From Camelus dromedarius (Eukaryota): a stretch of 64,000 bases of DNA. The notes under the pieces are model-generated. The model was not told the origin of the DNA and made no database searches. It worked only from the letters and a program-made list of their open reading frames with translations. A program made the translations under genes and the position numbers. Shown here in pieces: positions 1 to 13,300 of this stretch; position 1 is the stretch's first letter; the number at the start of each line of letters is the position of its first letter. Where the stretch lies: positions 35,280,001 through 35,344,000 of the forward strand of contig NC_087447.1 in NCBI RefSeq assembly GCF_036321535.1, read 5' to 3'.

Positions 1-166
1 TTAAACCCAGGAATGACATAGTAAAGAACAGTCTCATAACCAATTCCAAAATAATTGCATTCTTACACTTTTGCTCCCACCCCAAAGCTCCTTTCCAGTC
101 TCTGAGCAAAGGGAGAATGGAAAGTAATAGGCAAAGTAATATGAGCAACAATTGTAAAGGTTGATA

Positions 167-659
167 CCAGTTAGACATTCTTTAGTTGCAAGTTACAGAA
201 AACCTTCTCAATAATGGCTTAAGCAATAAAGGTGTTTATAATTTTGTTGGAGGTTATTGTTTCTGGGTTTAGTGTAGTGGCCAGTGACGTTCCTGAGAAC
301 CCAAGCTCTCCATCTTTCTTGTTCTACCATCATTTGTTCATTGGCTATTAGTCTCAGTTGCAAAGTAAGAGTCCTGGCTCCAGTCTTAATGTCTCCATTA
401 GCATCTCAGGCAAAAAAGAGGGGGCCAAGGATAAAGACTTTCTTTTCTTCAGATTCTACCATTTATGTGGAAGGGTAAAGCTTTCTAGGAAACCCCAGCA
501 GACTTAGCCTCATCAGCTGGATTTGAATCACAAGGCTTCCCCACAGTGCAAAAGAAACTAGGTAAATGAAGATGTAGGTTTTCCAGCTTCTATGGTGGGA
601 AGCAACAAGGTCGAAGAGGGTTAGGAATGTCTGTTCGCCGACCAGTCATTTTTGCCACA
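167..659. mobile_element. Old MaLR LTR (MLT1-like)
   Basis: Typical MLT1 segments: ttagttgcaagttacagaaaac...ggcttaagcaataaagg and terminal tgccaca. Family assigned by eye. Confidence 0.55.
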
Positions 660-1216
660 AGGTTTTGGGCACAGTAGGGCCCCTGTTTTCTCTGGTAGAT
701 AGGGGAGGAATCAGCAGGCTGAAGGTGTGGAGAGACATAGTGGTACGATGACCTGCATCTGTGTCCTGCAGGCTCACTTGCTCTCAGAGCTGTGAGTGTT
801 TTGTGCCAGTTATGCAGACTAGAAATGGTATATGGGAGCAGATGATTAAAGTGGCTGCTTTATCCCCTGGAGACTTACTTGATCTTCCTGTGGTCAGCGC
901 TGGAATGACCTAGCCCAATTACACGGAAGATGAATGGGCTAGTAGCTGGCTTTTGCCAATAGAAAGTTACTCATTTATACAATTGAGCCTATTCAGCCAT
1001 TTTGAGATTCAGTTAAACATTTAAAATCGACATGTTCTTCCTTCTGTGTCTTTCACTATTCTAGAATGAGAGTGTGAGTACCATGATGTTTGACAAGACA
1101 GTGGGTGGGGTAGGGGGAGGAACCTGACACAGATCTTCAGTATTTATTTCTAGTAGATAGTTTATTTGGTTAAGTGACTGTGGCAATCTCACACTTGCCT
1201 GTTTCTGTGTTTTTAG

Positions 1217-1327
1217 TGTACAAGCTTAGCTGTGTCTCGAAAATGGCTAGCCTTGGGCACTTCAGGAGGAGGACTCAATCTCATTCAGAAAGAAGGCTGG
1301 AAGCACAGGATTTTCCTTTCACACAGG
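1217..1327 (+). CDS. HPS5: HPS5 coding exon (approx. exon 3)
   Basis: ttttag|TGT...CAC AGG|gtaag; [37 protein letters not shown]. Confidence 0.95.
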
Positions 1328-4300
1328 GTAAGATTAAGGGGTAGCCCTGTCTTATACCATCCGTAGGGAGTATCTTTCATAAACGTGAATTTCTCCATTA
1401 CAAGTAATCACTTAGAATAAAAGAGTAATGTAAACCTTGAGATTGAAACATAAAACTTTACCCATTTTTGAGGAGCTGCCTAATATTTTACCTTCTGTGC
1501 TCTAGGAAGGTGCAATTTCTCAGGTCGCCTGTTGTTTACATGATGATGATTATGTTGCTGTAGCTACCAGGTGAGAAGCTGTGTTAAAACTATTTGATCT
1601 TTTCCAAAAGCTTTTTAAGTTGACAAATGTAGTTGTGTGTTTGTTAGGTAGTGTGACCAATCATCCTGATTTGCCTGGACCTGTCTCTGTTTTAGCACTG
1701 AAAGTCCCATGTTGTGGGAAACCTCTGAGACCCAAGTAAACTAGGACAGACAGTTGGTCACCCTTGGGTTTGTGGAAAAGGCTAATATGAAGCAACAACA
1801 TTTCCGTGACCTTAAAAGAGAAAGGTAGCAGAGATAATTTAGAACATCTAAGTTGTCCTATTATGTTAGATTGGTGGACTAAAGCAAAGAAATTAATACC
1901 TTGACTTTCTACTTTATCTTTTCAGAAGAATAAGAGTTTGCATGTATATTTAATATAGTCAATACTGTGATCTTATTCACCATTGCCAAAAATTTGCTTC
2001 TGTGACTCATTTCTTGCAGTCAAGGTCTTGTAGTTGTTTGGGAATTAAATCAAGAGCGTCGTGGAAAACCAGAAAGAATTTATGTGTCTTCAGAACACAA
2101 AGGCCGAAAAATTACAGCTCTCTGTTGGGATACAGCTATTCTTAGAGTTTTTGTAGGTGATCATATGGGGAAAGTTTCTGCCATCAAACTCAACACTTCT
2201 AAACAAGCAAAGGTGAGAACCAGTCCAGTTCTTTGTGTATGTGGGTGAAATATAAGGTATTGTCTTAGAGAATTTCAATTAAAGGACACAATTTTTCCTA
2301 CTGTCTTTCTTGGGGGACTGGTCTAGAGCCCAGACTATTAATTTTGAGGAGAATTGTTTGCATGTAGTATGTGTGGTAGCCTGGTTTAGCTTGATATGAT
2401 TGCAGAATGGCTTCTGTGAGCTCACTTCAATAATTTGCACGTTGTCTGTTACATTACTCCATAATTCACCTGCATGGCTCACTTGAATAGAGCATTCTTT
2501 AATACTAGGCTGTTAGGAAAGAAAAGATGCCTGTTTGTTTGTTGTGTGAATAAAATGGCAGACCTAGAAATGGTACTAATTGCCCAAGTTCCTATTTTCC
2601 AGGTCCTCATTTAGAAGAAATTCAGGGGTCTAGGTATATTTTCTCTCAGGAAGATATAACGTACTGTGAACAGAACCTTAAAGGCACTTCCTGGATTGTG
2701 CTCAGCAGCGTGGGTCCCTAGGCTTCCTGCCACAGTTGTTGGTGTAGAAGACTTGAGTCTCAGGTTACCCTAACAGGATGCTCCAGTCTGTCGTTAAGGC
2801 AGAGCTGACCAGCTTCTCACTGCCTCTCCCCTCCAGAGCTGTTGTATTAGAAGTGGGGAACTTGTCTCTCATAGGCTTACTTCCACATAGGATCCTGGCA
2901 GAAAAGAAGAGCTCTCAACTATCATTGGCTAAATTATTTTAATTAACACATAAGAATATTCTTGATGTGTGAATTAGATATTCAGAATGACCTATCAAAG
3001 TTACCACTTAATTCCTAATATATTTTTGATCCAAAATACAGGTGGAATTCTATACAGAGTATAGCCCTAATTTGTCTTTTTTTCCAAAGGGAGAAATACT
3101 ATCTACTGGTGAAAAACTCTCCCATATTCCAGAACTTACTTTACCTTTTTCATTCCAACTTCTAAGATTAGATAATCACAAACAGAGCCTGAAGAATTCT
3201 CTTCTGCAGTTATATAGCAAATTATTTCACAAAACTTTTAAATGAGTGAAACTTTGATATCCTAAAAGGTGAATTAAATTTCAGCCCATTTAAAATTTTT
3301 ATTTGTTGTCTAAGTTACTTTCAGGTAAAAGATAAAGAGAAGGAGATTATGTATATTCATGAAGACAAATAAACTTGATTTCCTTGTCATATCCCCTTTA
3401 GGCAGCTGCTGCCTTTGTGATGTTTCCTGTTCAGACAATAACAACAGTTGACTCCTGTGTTGTCCAGTTAGATTATTTGGATGGAAGACTACTTATATCT
3501 TCACTTACTCGATCCTTCTTGTGCGACACTGAGAGGTATATTGATCAACCAAGAGTCCTTGGAAATACAGAATTTTAGAGCAGGAAGGGACTTAGAAGTC
3601 ATTTAGCCCAAACCACTCAATTCAGTTATACTGTTATTGATGTATTGATAAGGAACAAGCTGTGTGAAAGCTAGTGTTAGAGAGTAGAGGAGATTGAGAC
3701 AGTCCAGTGGGTGACTAAGACAAATATTCAATTAATTCTACCAAGAAACCTAGTCTAAGTGCCATGAGGGAAGGCCAAACAATGGCCTGTTTCAATATGG
3801 GGAATCAGGAAGTCTTCCTTGATTGAATTTGTTGTTGAAATTTGCTGTGTATTTAGTAGAATTTTACTAAAGGGTAAAATTGAACGGAAAATAATTAAGA
3901 ACTTTGTGAAGCTCACAAATATTTTTCCAAAATCTCTAGGGTGGAGCCAAAGGTCCAGTGAATAGCAAAGAAGTGTGTTGGAGCTAGGTGTAAGTACCAG
4001 AGCAGAGAATGGCTTAAGTTCCTCAGCCATTTTCACTGCAGGGAAATATTCACTGGCCAGTTTTTTTTTCCCCACTCCATTGACCATGGCCAACTACCAT
4101 ATTCCTCAGGACCCACCCCCTCTTTTAAAAATTTCCTAGGAGAATTTTAAGTATATGTAAAAGAAGAGAGAATGCGTAATAAACCCAAGTGACCCACTAG
4201 CTAGCTAGCTCCAGTAATTTTGATGGGGATATTTAGTAGGTGAAGTTTGAAGGAAAAGGGTTAAGAGGGGATAGGATATTCTAGGAGGAAAGAACAGCCC

Positions 4301-7300
4301 CTTGAGGGGAGGTGAAAAGGAATTAGGCATATTCCAAAATGTGCTAGTGTGGCTTGAGTAGGGGAGTTGTGGGAGATCTAGTTGGTAAATTGGCACCACA
4401 CTGAGAGTAACAGCCTTAAATGTCACATTAAGTAGGTGGGTTCTCAGATCATTTTAAGAAAGTGTACATGTGAAAAATCAGGGTTTGGAAATTGATTCCC
4501 TTGGAACTATCGAGGATTGGAAAGTTTTTATGTTTTTCCAGGGATTCTTGTATTTCAGAAGACTGCACTTCTGGAAAGCAGGAGACTGTTCATTTCAAAA
4601 GTTTTGAAGGAATGTATGCTAACTGTTAGAGATAGTAGAGGGAAAGATGAGGAGAGGATGTACTTTGCTTTTATTTTCTTGTGATGAGAAAGACATGTGG
4701 GAAGGAGACCAGTTATAGCAGGTGGCAGGTGTCTGGTATCAGAGAACCTAACTGTGCAGCAGAGAGGCAAGGCTTTGAGATGCAAATGATCAGTAGGAAT
4801 GGATGGATGGAACTAGTAGGCAGGATGAAGTACTTGGTTCTGACTTATTTCAGAATGAGAACAGTGATGAAGTTGGACTTTCAGAACTGGAGATTATCTA
4901 GCATCACCATTTCATTTTTGCAGATCAGAAAGCCTAGGCCCACTGAGTGATAGAACTTGCCTGGCATCACTCAGCTGGGAAGAGGCGAACTAGAATCTTT
5001 CTGCCTTGCTTTTGTGCCTTTCCTGTTACCTCTTTTCCTTCTAATACATCCTTTGACATTGGACCTTTGGCCTGCAAATCCACCTTTAAGATCTTGGTAG
5101 AATATTTGTTAGCTTCACTTAGTTTTAAAATACTCTTCATCTATAGGTTTTCAAGTTTTCCAAACAGGCCAATGCAGAAATTTGGCTGAAATTCTGACAA
5201 GTGGACAGAAAATTGAACTGAATTAACACCTTATTGGGGTTGTTTTGAAAATCTAGTGAAATGGAATAAAGAGCTAAATAAGTGGAGATTTATTTTTCTG
5301 TCTGTGCAGTAGGGTTGCTCATGATTTGTTTTTCCTTTCACAGGGTTGTGGCTAGAGTTGGTTATGAGAAAAGCCAACTGTAAAATTAACATGTTTTAGA
5401 AGTGTTTTCTGTAAGCTAGAATTGAGTTTGGGGGGACATGGATAGTACAATAATTAAAAGTTTTTTATTTGTATTTTAAAAGTTTTGTTCGTTTCAAGCT
5501 ATATTTGCTGCCAAACAAAACAGCATTTTTTAAACTAAAGCTTCTACTAACCAAAGTGGTAGATATGAATTTGCTTCTCTTGCTACTTTCTGTCAGTATT
5601 GTTAATGAACAAGGTGGCTCCCAGGAGGAACTAGAACAAACAGAACAAAGCACTGTGTTATATAGTAGGGAGGACATTGGATAATGGAGCCTGACAATAT
5701 AGTTTCAAGTTCTAGTTCTGTCACTTTTTAAACCTTGCCAGGTGTCAGTTTCCCTATCCAGACTGTAGAGATAGTTTTAAGGATTAACTAAGCTAATGTA
5801 TATGAAATACTTAACCTTGTCCCCGTGACATGTCATTTGAAAATATGGAAATCAAGATTAATGAGCATATAAATGAGAATGAGTTGACTGTATTTGTTTA
5901 CTCAGCAAATATTTATTGCACTCCTCTGGATTTGTAGCACTGTTGTTAAACACCATAGAGCATATAAAATAGGCACAAATGTATTTTATTCCCTAAATAA
6001 GGAGCATAGGTAATAAAACAGTAATACTCATTTAATTCTTTCTCTGTATACATTTCAAAGCACTTTCACATCCATATTCTAGTAAAGCTGATGTTTTATT
6101 TTATTTATGAAGCAAATAAGTACAGAAATGTTTATTAAGTTATCAAAGATCACATAGTAGATTCATGCTAGAGAGCGTTTTAGGTCATTCTGCAATAAAA
6201 AAGTTGAGTATATGGAGCACTATGGCGTATTGAGTGCTTTCTGTGGACCAGATGCTGTGCTGCACACTGGGAATTCAACTACAGAGGAATAGGAAATGGC
6301 CTTCTTCCTAAAGAAAGTCATAATCTACTGTTCAAATAGACACAACTACCATATGTAATGTGGTTAAATGCTTTGAAAACAGCATGGGAAGCATGTAATT
6401 CAGCTTATAGGAGTCAGGGAAGTCTGTCAGGAGGAATGATGGAGCTAAGTCAGGAATAACTAAAGGAGTGTTTAGAAAGAGACATCATTCTCACCTTCCA
6501 TGTTCTCAGGAAGCTTTGTGTATCTGGATTTTTTATAGATCTAGCTCATGTAATCCTAAGGGAGCAGAATGTTCCAAGGTACAGAGTTTCAGAAGGACTT
6601 ACCATTTTGAGGAAAGAGTGAGGAGTTTATTGGGTATTTGTGGCCAAGGAGTAGTCTCGAGACAGGGTTGGGGAGTAGATGACTAATTTCCATGGAGTGG
6701 CCAAAGAACAAGATGATTTGGGAAGCAATCGGTAGGTTACAAGGATGTGTGAAATGGTTTGGAAGGACTTTTTTTTTTTTTTTTTTTTTTTTAGGTTTGA
6801 AAGGAGCGTTCACATTAATTCTGAGCACCTCATTTTGAGGATGATAAACTGAATACTAACAGGAAGTGCTTTGCTTCCTGTTACAGAAATACTTAATGGC
6901 AAATCAGAAGCTTGAACCCTAATTTGTCCTTTCCATTCTATTCTTTCCAGTATGTTGCTAACATTGACGGTGGGGTTATTATGGCCATGCTGATTTGTAG
7001 TGCCACTGTTTTTTACTTTTTTGGTGAGTAAACATGCTTTCTCTTTTTTGGTGGGGTATTAGAGAAAAATTTTGGAAAATTGGAAACAAGGAAAGAGATG
7101 GAGAATATGGGGCTTGTTTCTTCCCTGGAAGATGTTCTGCAGGCCAGCAGCCCCTAATATATTGTGCTCGCCCTGGCTCCAGGATGTGGGAAGTAAACTT
7201 TGATGGAGAAGTTATAAGTACACATCAGTTTAAGAAACTCCTGTCCTCGCCGCCTCTCCCCGTGATTACTTTAAGGTAATGATTTGTATGGCCAGTGGGG

Positions 7301-10300
7301 ATTATTTGAGGAACTTACATGCGGGGGGTGGGGGTGGGGGGGGAGGCAGGGTTGGACTGAAATCTCTGATAGTCCATGTGCACTAAAGATTTTATCATGC
7401 CTTTTAAGAGTGAAGTAGAATTTCTATTAAAAGATTCAGAGAAACCAAAAAGTCTTTAATCAGTTTTCTTCCATGTGATTAAAGCAAATTGAATAAAGGC
7501 AAACGCAGTTAGGTTCTTAAGTTTGTTTTGGAGGCAGAAATTTTCCTATATAGGGAAAAAACATACTTTTATATTGTGATTAAATCAGTAACAAATGTGT
7601 TTACTTCCTAGATCAGAGCCTCAGTATGATCATACAGTTGGATCCTCCCAGTCCTTGTCTTTCCCCAAACTTTTACATCTTAGGTAAGTTTCTCCCTTTG
7701 ATCCTTTAAAAAAAAAAGACACTTAATTTTCCTTTGTTTCTTGTTCGGAGGGAGTTAGCTTTTTAAGATTATTTTTGTACTAAATTATTTTTAGAAAATT
7801 GAAAAATGACTGTGTTATGTGAAGTGTTCTATATATAAGAGGAATGAAAAAAAGTCATAGAAATATGCTTCCCTTTCTGTGTTGAACTCACCTAAACCAA
7901 TTGGACACTTTATAATCATCAGGGAACTTCTGACAACTAGAGCTAAGAGCTGTAAGTATATAGCCTTTCATAACCTCTGCTATGTGGTGGGATATTACCA
8001 TGAAAGCAAGCCTCAGACTGAAGTCTGCTGCATACGTATGTTTCTTAGCAGGCAGGCACAAACATAGTTGAAGAACTTGTTCTTGTAAGCGTGGTGAAAT
8101 TTCAGCTCTGTCCAGCCATATTCTAATATCAGAGTTTAGCTAGCTTTCTAGTTGGATTAGGTACAAAAAAGTCCACTGTTAAGTGGCAGCACAGAGTGCC
8201 ACTAAACGGTGTCAACTCCTGGGCTTGCCAGTTTTTGCAAGTTGTTCTGCAAGCACTGGGGTGCCAGTGTATGATTTCTAGTCAACCTATGTGTCTAAAT
8301 TCTTATTTCAACAGTAGAATGTTATTTTTAATTTCGCTTAGGCTAATTAATAAAATCTCTAGTGCAGATTCAGAGAATGTCATTTAGAGGCTGTTATAAG
8401 GTATCCTGGAGTCTGGCTCCTGATTGGGTTCTTTCAAAGGCTAACTTACCAATCTTTGAAAGTAATTTAAAAAAGAACACTTGAAATGTTAACTGTCTGC
8501 CCCTAACTAATGTATGTATATGTTACACTACCTACAATGAGGCATTTAAAAGTAAATTGTAAACAATATAACACTTTCATAAATCTTTAATTCATACTGA
8601 AAGTTACTGGAGAAAGACAGCTATTTATTTGCCCATAGTTAGATTAAGTGTATTAAAAACTCTTTCTTTATGTTATGTATCACAGCTTATAATCACATAT
8701 TCAGACAGTATTTATTCCTGTCTTACTCCTAGACAAAAAGGTCCATGAGGGCTCTGTGTCTCTTTTGTTCCCTGTTTTATCCTCAGTGTCTGGCATAGTG
8801 CCTGGCACATCATAGACACTTAATAAACATTTGTTGACTGTGCTGTGACATGTGGGGTGTGGGGAAGTCCCTCACCCGAGACAGTGTTTTCCAATGGCAA
8901 GGCCACAGTCTGCTTGGTTCTTCTGGTACTGTTATTCCTTTGAGTTAAGCTATTTAAAGCTCCCATTAGAATTCCTGCCTTAGCAAACAAAGCCCTTCAT
9001 GATCTGGCTCTGCCTACTCCTCAGCTTAAGCAATAATTAGTACCACTTTGAAGCCTTTACTGACTCCTCCAGCAATTTAGATTAGACACGTATTCCCTCC
9101 CATGGGGTGTTGTCACACCTTGTTTATTCCTCCATCACCATCCAGTTTCAGTGTGCTTTGAATATCCATCCCAGCACCAGATTGTCAACTCCTTTACTGT
9201 GGGCACAGTGCTAGGTGCATAGAAGATTCTCAAATAATAGCTATCAAATTAAATTAAAGAATTTCACTAAGATATTTCTGAAAAATACATGAGGGCTTTT
9301 TGTTCCTGTTTATTTACTTTTTTCCGCACTTGTACACTTGATTCATGGTAACATTCACTGTTACACTCACAGATCCCACAAGGGAGCAAATTAATATACT
9401 TTGCTTCCTTTAGGGTACACTAGGATCACTTTCCCTTCCTTAACTATTTGAACAGTCTTGTTAGGCTTGTGTCCTGGTGTGTTTATCATCAGTGAAGGAA
9501 AAAGGGGATGAGGGTTGTATAAATTACAAAAGTATCAACTCTTATCTAAGTTCCCACGCCCAGTCCCCTACCTATTCTTAAGGAATCTTTCCAAGCTGTG
9601 TATCCAGTTCAGTGTCAGAATCATGATTCTGTATCTCTTTACTTAGGGATCTTCTGGCCTCTATTTTCGCCCCTCTTTGGCTCTCAGAGGCAGCCTTCCA
9701 ATTTTACTTATTTTGGACTTGGATTCTGACCATTTCTTCCTTCTTTGTGACAAAGATTACTTTCCTATAGGGACAGCGATCTGATCTTATATTGGCAAAA
9801 TGTTTAATATTTGTGTGAGGATCTGATTCTTGTTAAATATCACTCTTAGTTTCATAGCCACATGGTATCACTTTTAATACTTTTGAGGTCATAAACTAAA
9901 AAAAAAAAAAGTCCCTGTTCTCAAGATTATAATTTGTTGGAGAGATGTAGTCTATTTCTAGAAAATGTTCAACAACAATAAAGAGTAAGAGTTGTGACAG
10001 TGCCATACATGATTAAGTGCCATGTGAGTGGGGTTGGCAAGAAATCGGTTGAGTGCAGGAGGGAGAGTGATTGCTGTGGGCTGTCGGGGAGGATTTCAAA
10101 GGGCAGTAGGACAGCTACTGACCCTTGAGAGGTGGCTGAATGACGACTTGTGTAGGAGATGCTCTGACCAGGGGCAGGAAGCAGGGATTACCAGTGGTGT
10201 ATAAAAGTAGTAGCAGCCTCAGGAGAGTAAATGAGATATGAGAGCAGAGGAATATAGAAGGAAATGAGCTTTCCTGAAAAGAAAGCTGGGCCAAGAAAGT

Positions 10301-13300
10301 TCAATGTCCCAGAGTCCAGAGAGGTGAGATTCAGGAAGGAAGGAACAGTCTGCAGGGTTCCTTGGGGATGCTTGGGGATCAAGAAGGAAAATGAGGAATG
10401 GTTATTGGGTTTGGCGGTTAGGAAATCAGTGACACATGCTTGGGGATCAAGAAGGAAAATGAGGAATGGTTATTGGGTTTGGCGGTTAGGAAATCAGTGA
10501 CTTCTTGAGAATTCAGTTAACTGGGAAAATTAGGATTCCAAATAACGGTAGGTGGGTCAGTGAGGTTAAATGAGGGTTGAAGTAGATTTTGTGAGGTGTA
10601 GAGAAAAAGTCCAGGTTTTGGAGCTACACCATCCTTGGTATAAATTCTGACTCTTCTACTTTCGTGCTGAATGGCCTTCAGCATATTATTTCGTCTCTCT
10701 CTGAGCTTCAATTTTTCTTTTTTGTAAAACAGGAATAATATATCTATCTTGATGAGTTGTTTCAAGGTTCAGTAATATAGGTAGAACCTTTAATAAAAAC
10801 AGTGACACTCCCGTAGTTGACTGGGAATTTTCAACCTTTTATTGCCCCCACACAACTGAGGACACCAAAATATTACCTTCCCTAAAAGTGGCTCACTAGA
10901 GCACTGATTGGTGGTAAGATGTTACATTTAGTCTCTGTTTTAAATGGACCCCTGTCATACCGGATATGGGAAGTTTAGCTACTAACAAACATCAGGTAAG
11001 ATACCAGCCTTTTCTTTTTCTAGATGATATTTAGTGTATCTGAATTTTTCCCACTTTGGTATCATATGCTGGTTTTCAGTGGGCTGTTGTTATAGACAGA
11101 AAAGAGGTGGTAGGACTTGTTTAGCTGGGTCACTGTTGTGTTTTCTTTGCACAGGCTGATTTTGCTTTCATAGCTAATGTGAGGGTCTGAATTCAGGGCA
11201 TTATATCATAAACTTCTGATTCCAAGCAAACTAGAATTCTCTTGACTTCTTCCATTCTTTCTTGTAGTGAGCATTGTGTGCTGACTTGGACAGAAAGAGG
11301 AATTTATATTTTCGTTCCTCAGAATGTTCAGGTTCTTCTTTGGAGTGAAGTCAAAGGTAACTATATTTTTCTTCCTTATGTAATTTTTCATCTCATGCTT
11401 GTGAAAGAGTTAATTATTATAGGAGGAGGATTGTCTTGTAGTGTAAGAAGTGGAAAATAGAATGAAGTGACATTTTTTTCCCAAAGATTAACATAGATGT
11501 ATCTCATAATAAGATACTTCCCAAGCATACGTTTGTTAATTTATGTACAGTTATTTAATTATTTTAAATGCAATTTTCGTTTATTCTTAAATATTCGCAA
11601 CCATTGCTAAGGATTGAATGGGTTAATTTTTTTCTCTCTACTTACTCTGAATCTTTATCCCTGTTAGAAGTATTGCTTTAACTCCTGTTTTGTGTCTTAA
11701 TAATTTAGGGTTGAAAAGTCCTTGTGGAAACAATAGCCATTGTATGTGGCTGAGGCAGAGAAAATTAATCTCTGTATTCTTCTGGTATAAACCAGAAATG
11801 GAGGAAATAAACCTAGCATTTTTAGCATGGCTGCTCAGAGAGTGTATCTTGATTTTTGAGTCATTTTCTAGTTTGGAAAAACATAAAAAAGAGAACGGAA
11901 CCATTATTTACTGACCTGATCAACATTGATTCCTTGTGAATTAAGTTTCCTTAGGGTCTCCTGTGAAAACTAGCTTTTTGGGTCCTTTCATGATGTTCTG
12001 TCAAGATTGGTATTTTTTCATGAACTGTTTGTTGATTACATACTGTGGTGAAATCCATTCACTGGTATCAGATTGTAACTCTCAGAAATGTTATAGTCTG
12101 GCCTCTCATATAGAGTGCCCTCTTTTAAAATCCCAATTTCTTTTCACAAAAAATAGCATTTTAAAATACAGGATTTTAGATCAGAGAGATGTGTGTCTTT
12201 CTCTCTGTCTTTTGTTCTTGATCTGTTTAGTATCTAAAATATGATTTTTCATTGACATGCAAGTGTAAGAATAGAGATGAAATTCAGTCAAGCCAAACCC
12301 TATATAAAAATTAGTTTATTAGAATAATTTCAGCCATCACAAAATTGGGAAAAGAGTATTTAGTTAACATCCTATGTGTACACCCCTGTTGTTTTTGTAG
12401 ATATTCAGGATGTGGCTGTCTGCAAGAATGAGCTGTTCTGTTTGCACCTAAACGGGAAGGTCTCACGTCTTTCCCTGTTGTCTGTGGAACGCTGTGTGGA
12501 ACGCCTGCTAAGGAGAGGCCTGTGGAACCTGGCTGCTCGAACTTGCTGTCTTTTCCAGAATTCTGTCATTGCCAGCAGAGTGAGTCACAGAGTTTACATG
12601 TTCATCTGGGTTGTTAAAACCATTCTAGTTTGCAGGATTATGCTACATAGTTGCTTGTCTTCATTAGCCTCCAGGTTAAGCAGCAGTGAATCCCCAAAGG
12701 AAGCATGGCAAATAAATCTGGAGTAGGTGATGGTGGTGAGGAAAAGGGTATACGTTCCATTAAAAAAAGAAAATCAAATTTACCCACAAATTTATCTGAA
12801 TTTCAGGCCCTGTTTTAGAAGTGAAATTATTATATGTATACTAAGTCTTAATTAAATTCTTAATTCGTAAGAGAATTCTCATTAAGTCTTCTCCTAGCTT
12901 GTTAAACCCTTTTAAAGCACCTATGAGGTTTTATGTTCTATGTCAGACCTCTTTTAATGTATTGGCCATTTGTATATAGATTTCATTGCAACAGAAAGCT
13001 CTTCTATTGGATTTCTACTTATCCTTTTATTAGGGAAGAAAAACTTTGACTATAGATAAATTGGAACATTTGAAATCTCAACTGGACTTAACAACCTATG
13101 GTGATCTAATTTCTCAACTGGAAGAACTGATCTTAAAATTTGAACCTTTGGATTCAGCTTGTAGTAGTAGAAGAAGCTCCATTTCATCACATGTAGGTAT
13201 TCTCACTTTGAAAAAGGGTTTGGCTGTATAGTAAGATTTTTCTATATTAGGTTGTACTCACTTACTTCTAGGGTCCCAAAACTCAACTTCCTTTCCATGT

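Noticed and set aside
10368..10501. Direct repeats as a CRISPR-like array
   Set aside because: Only two copies with a 2-nt spacer, in a mammalian intron.
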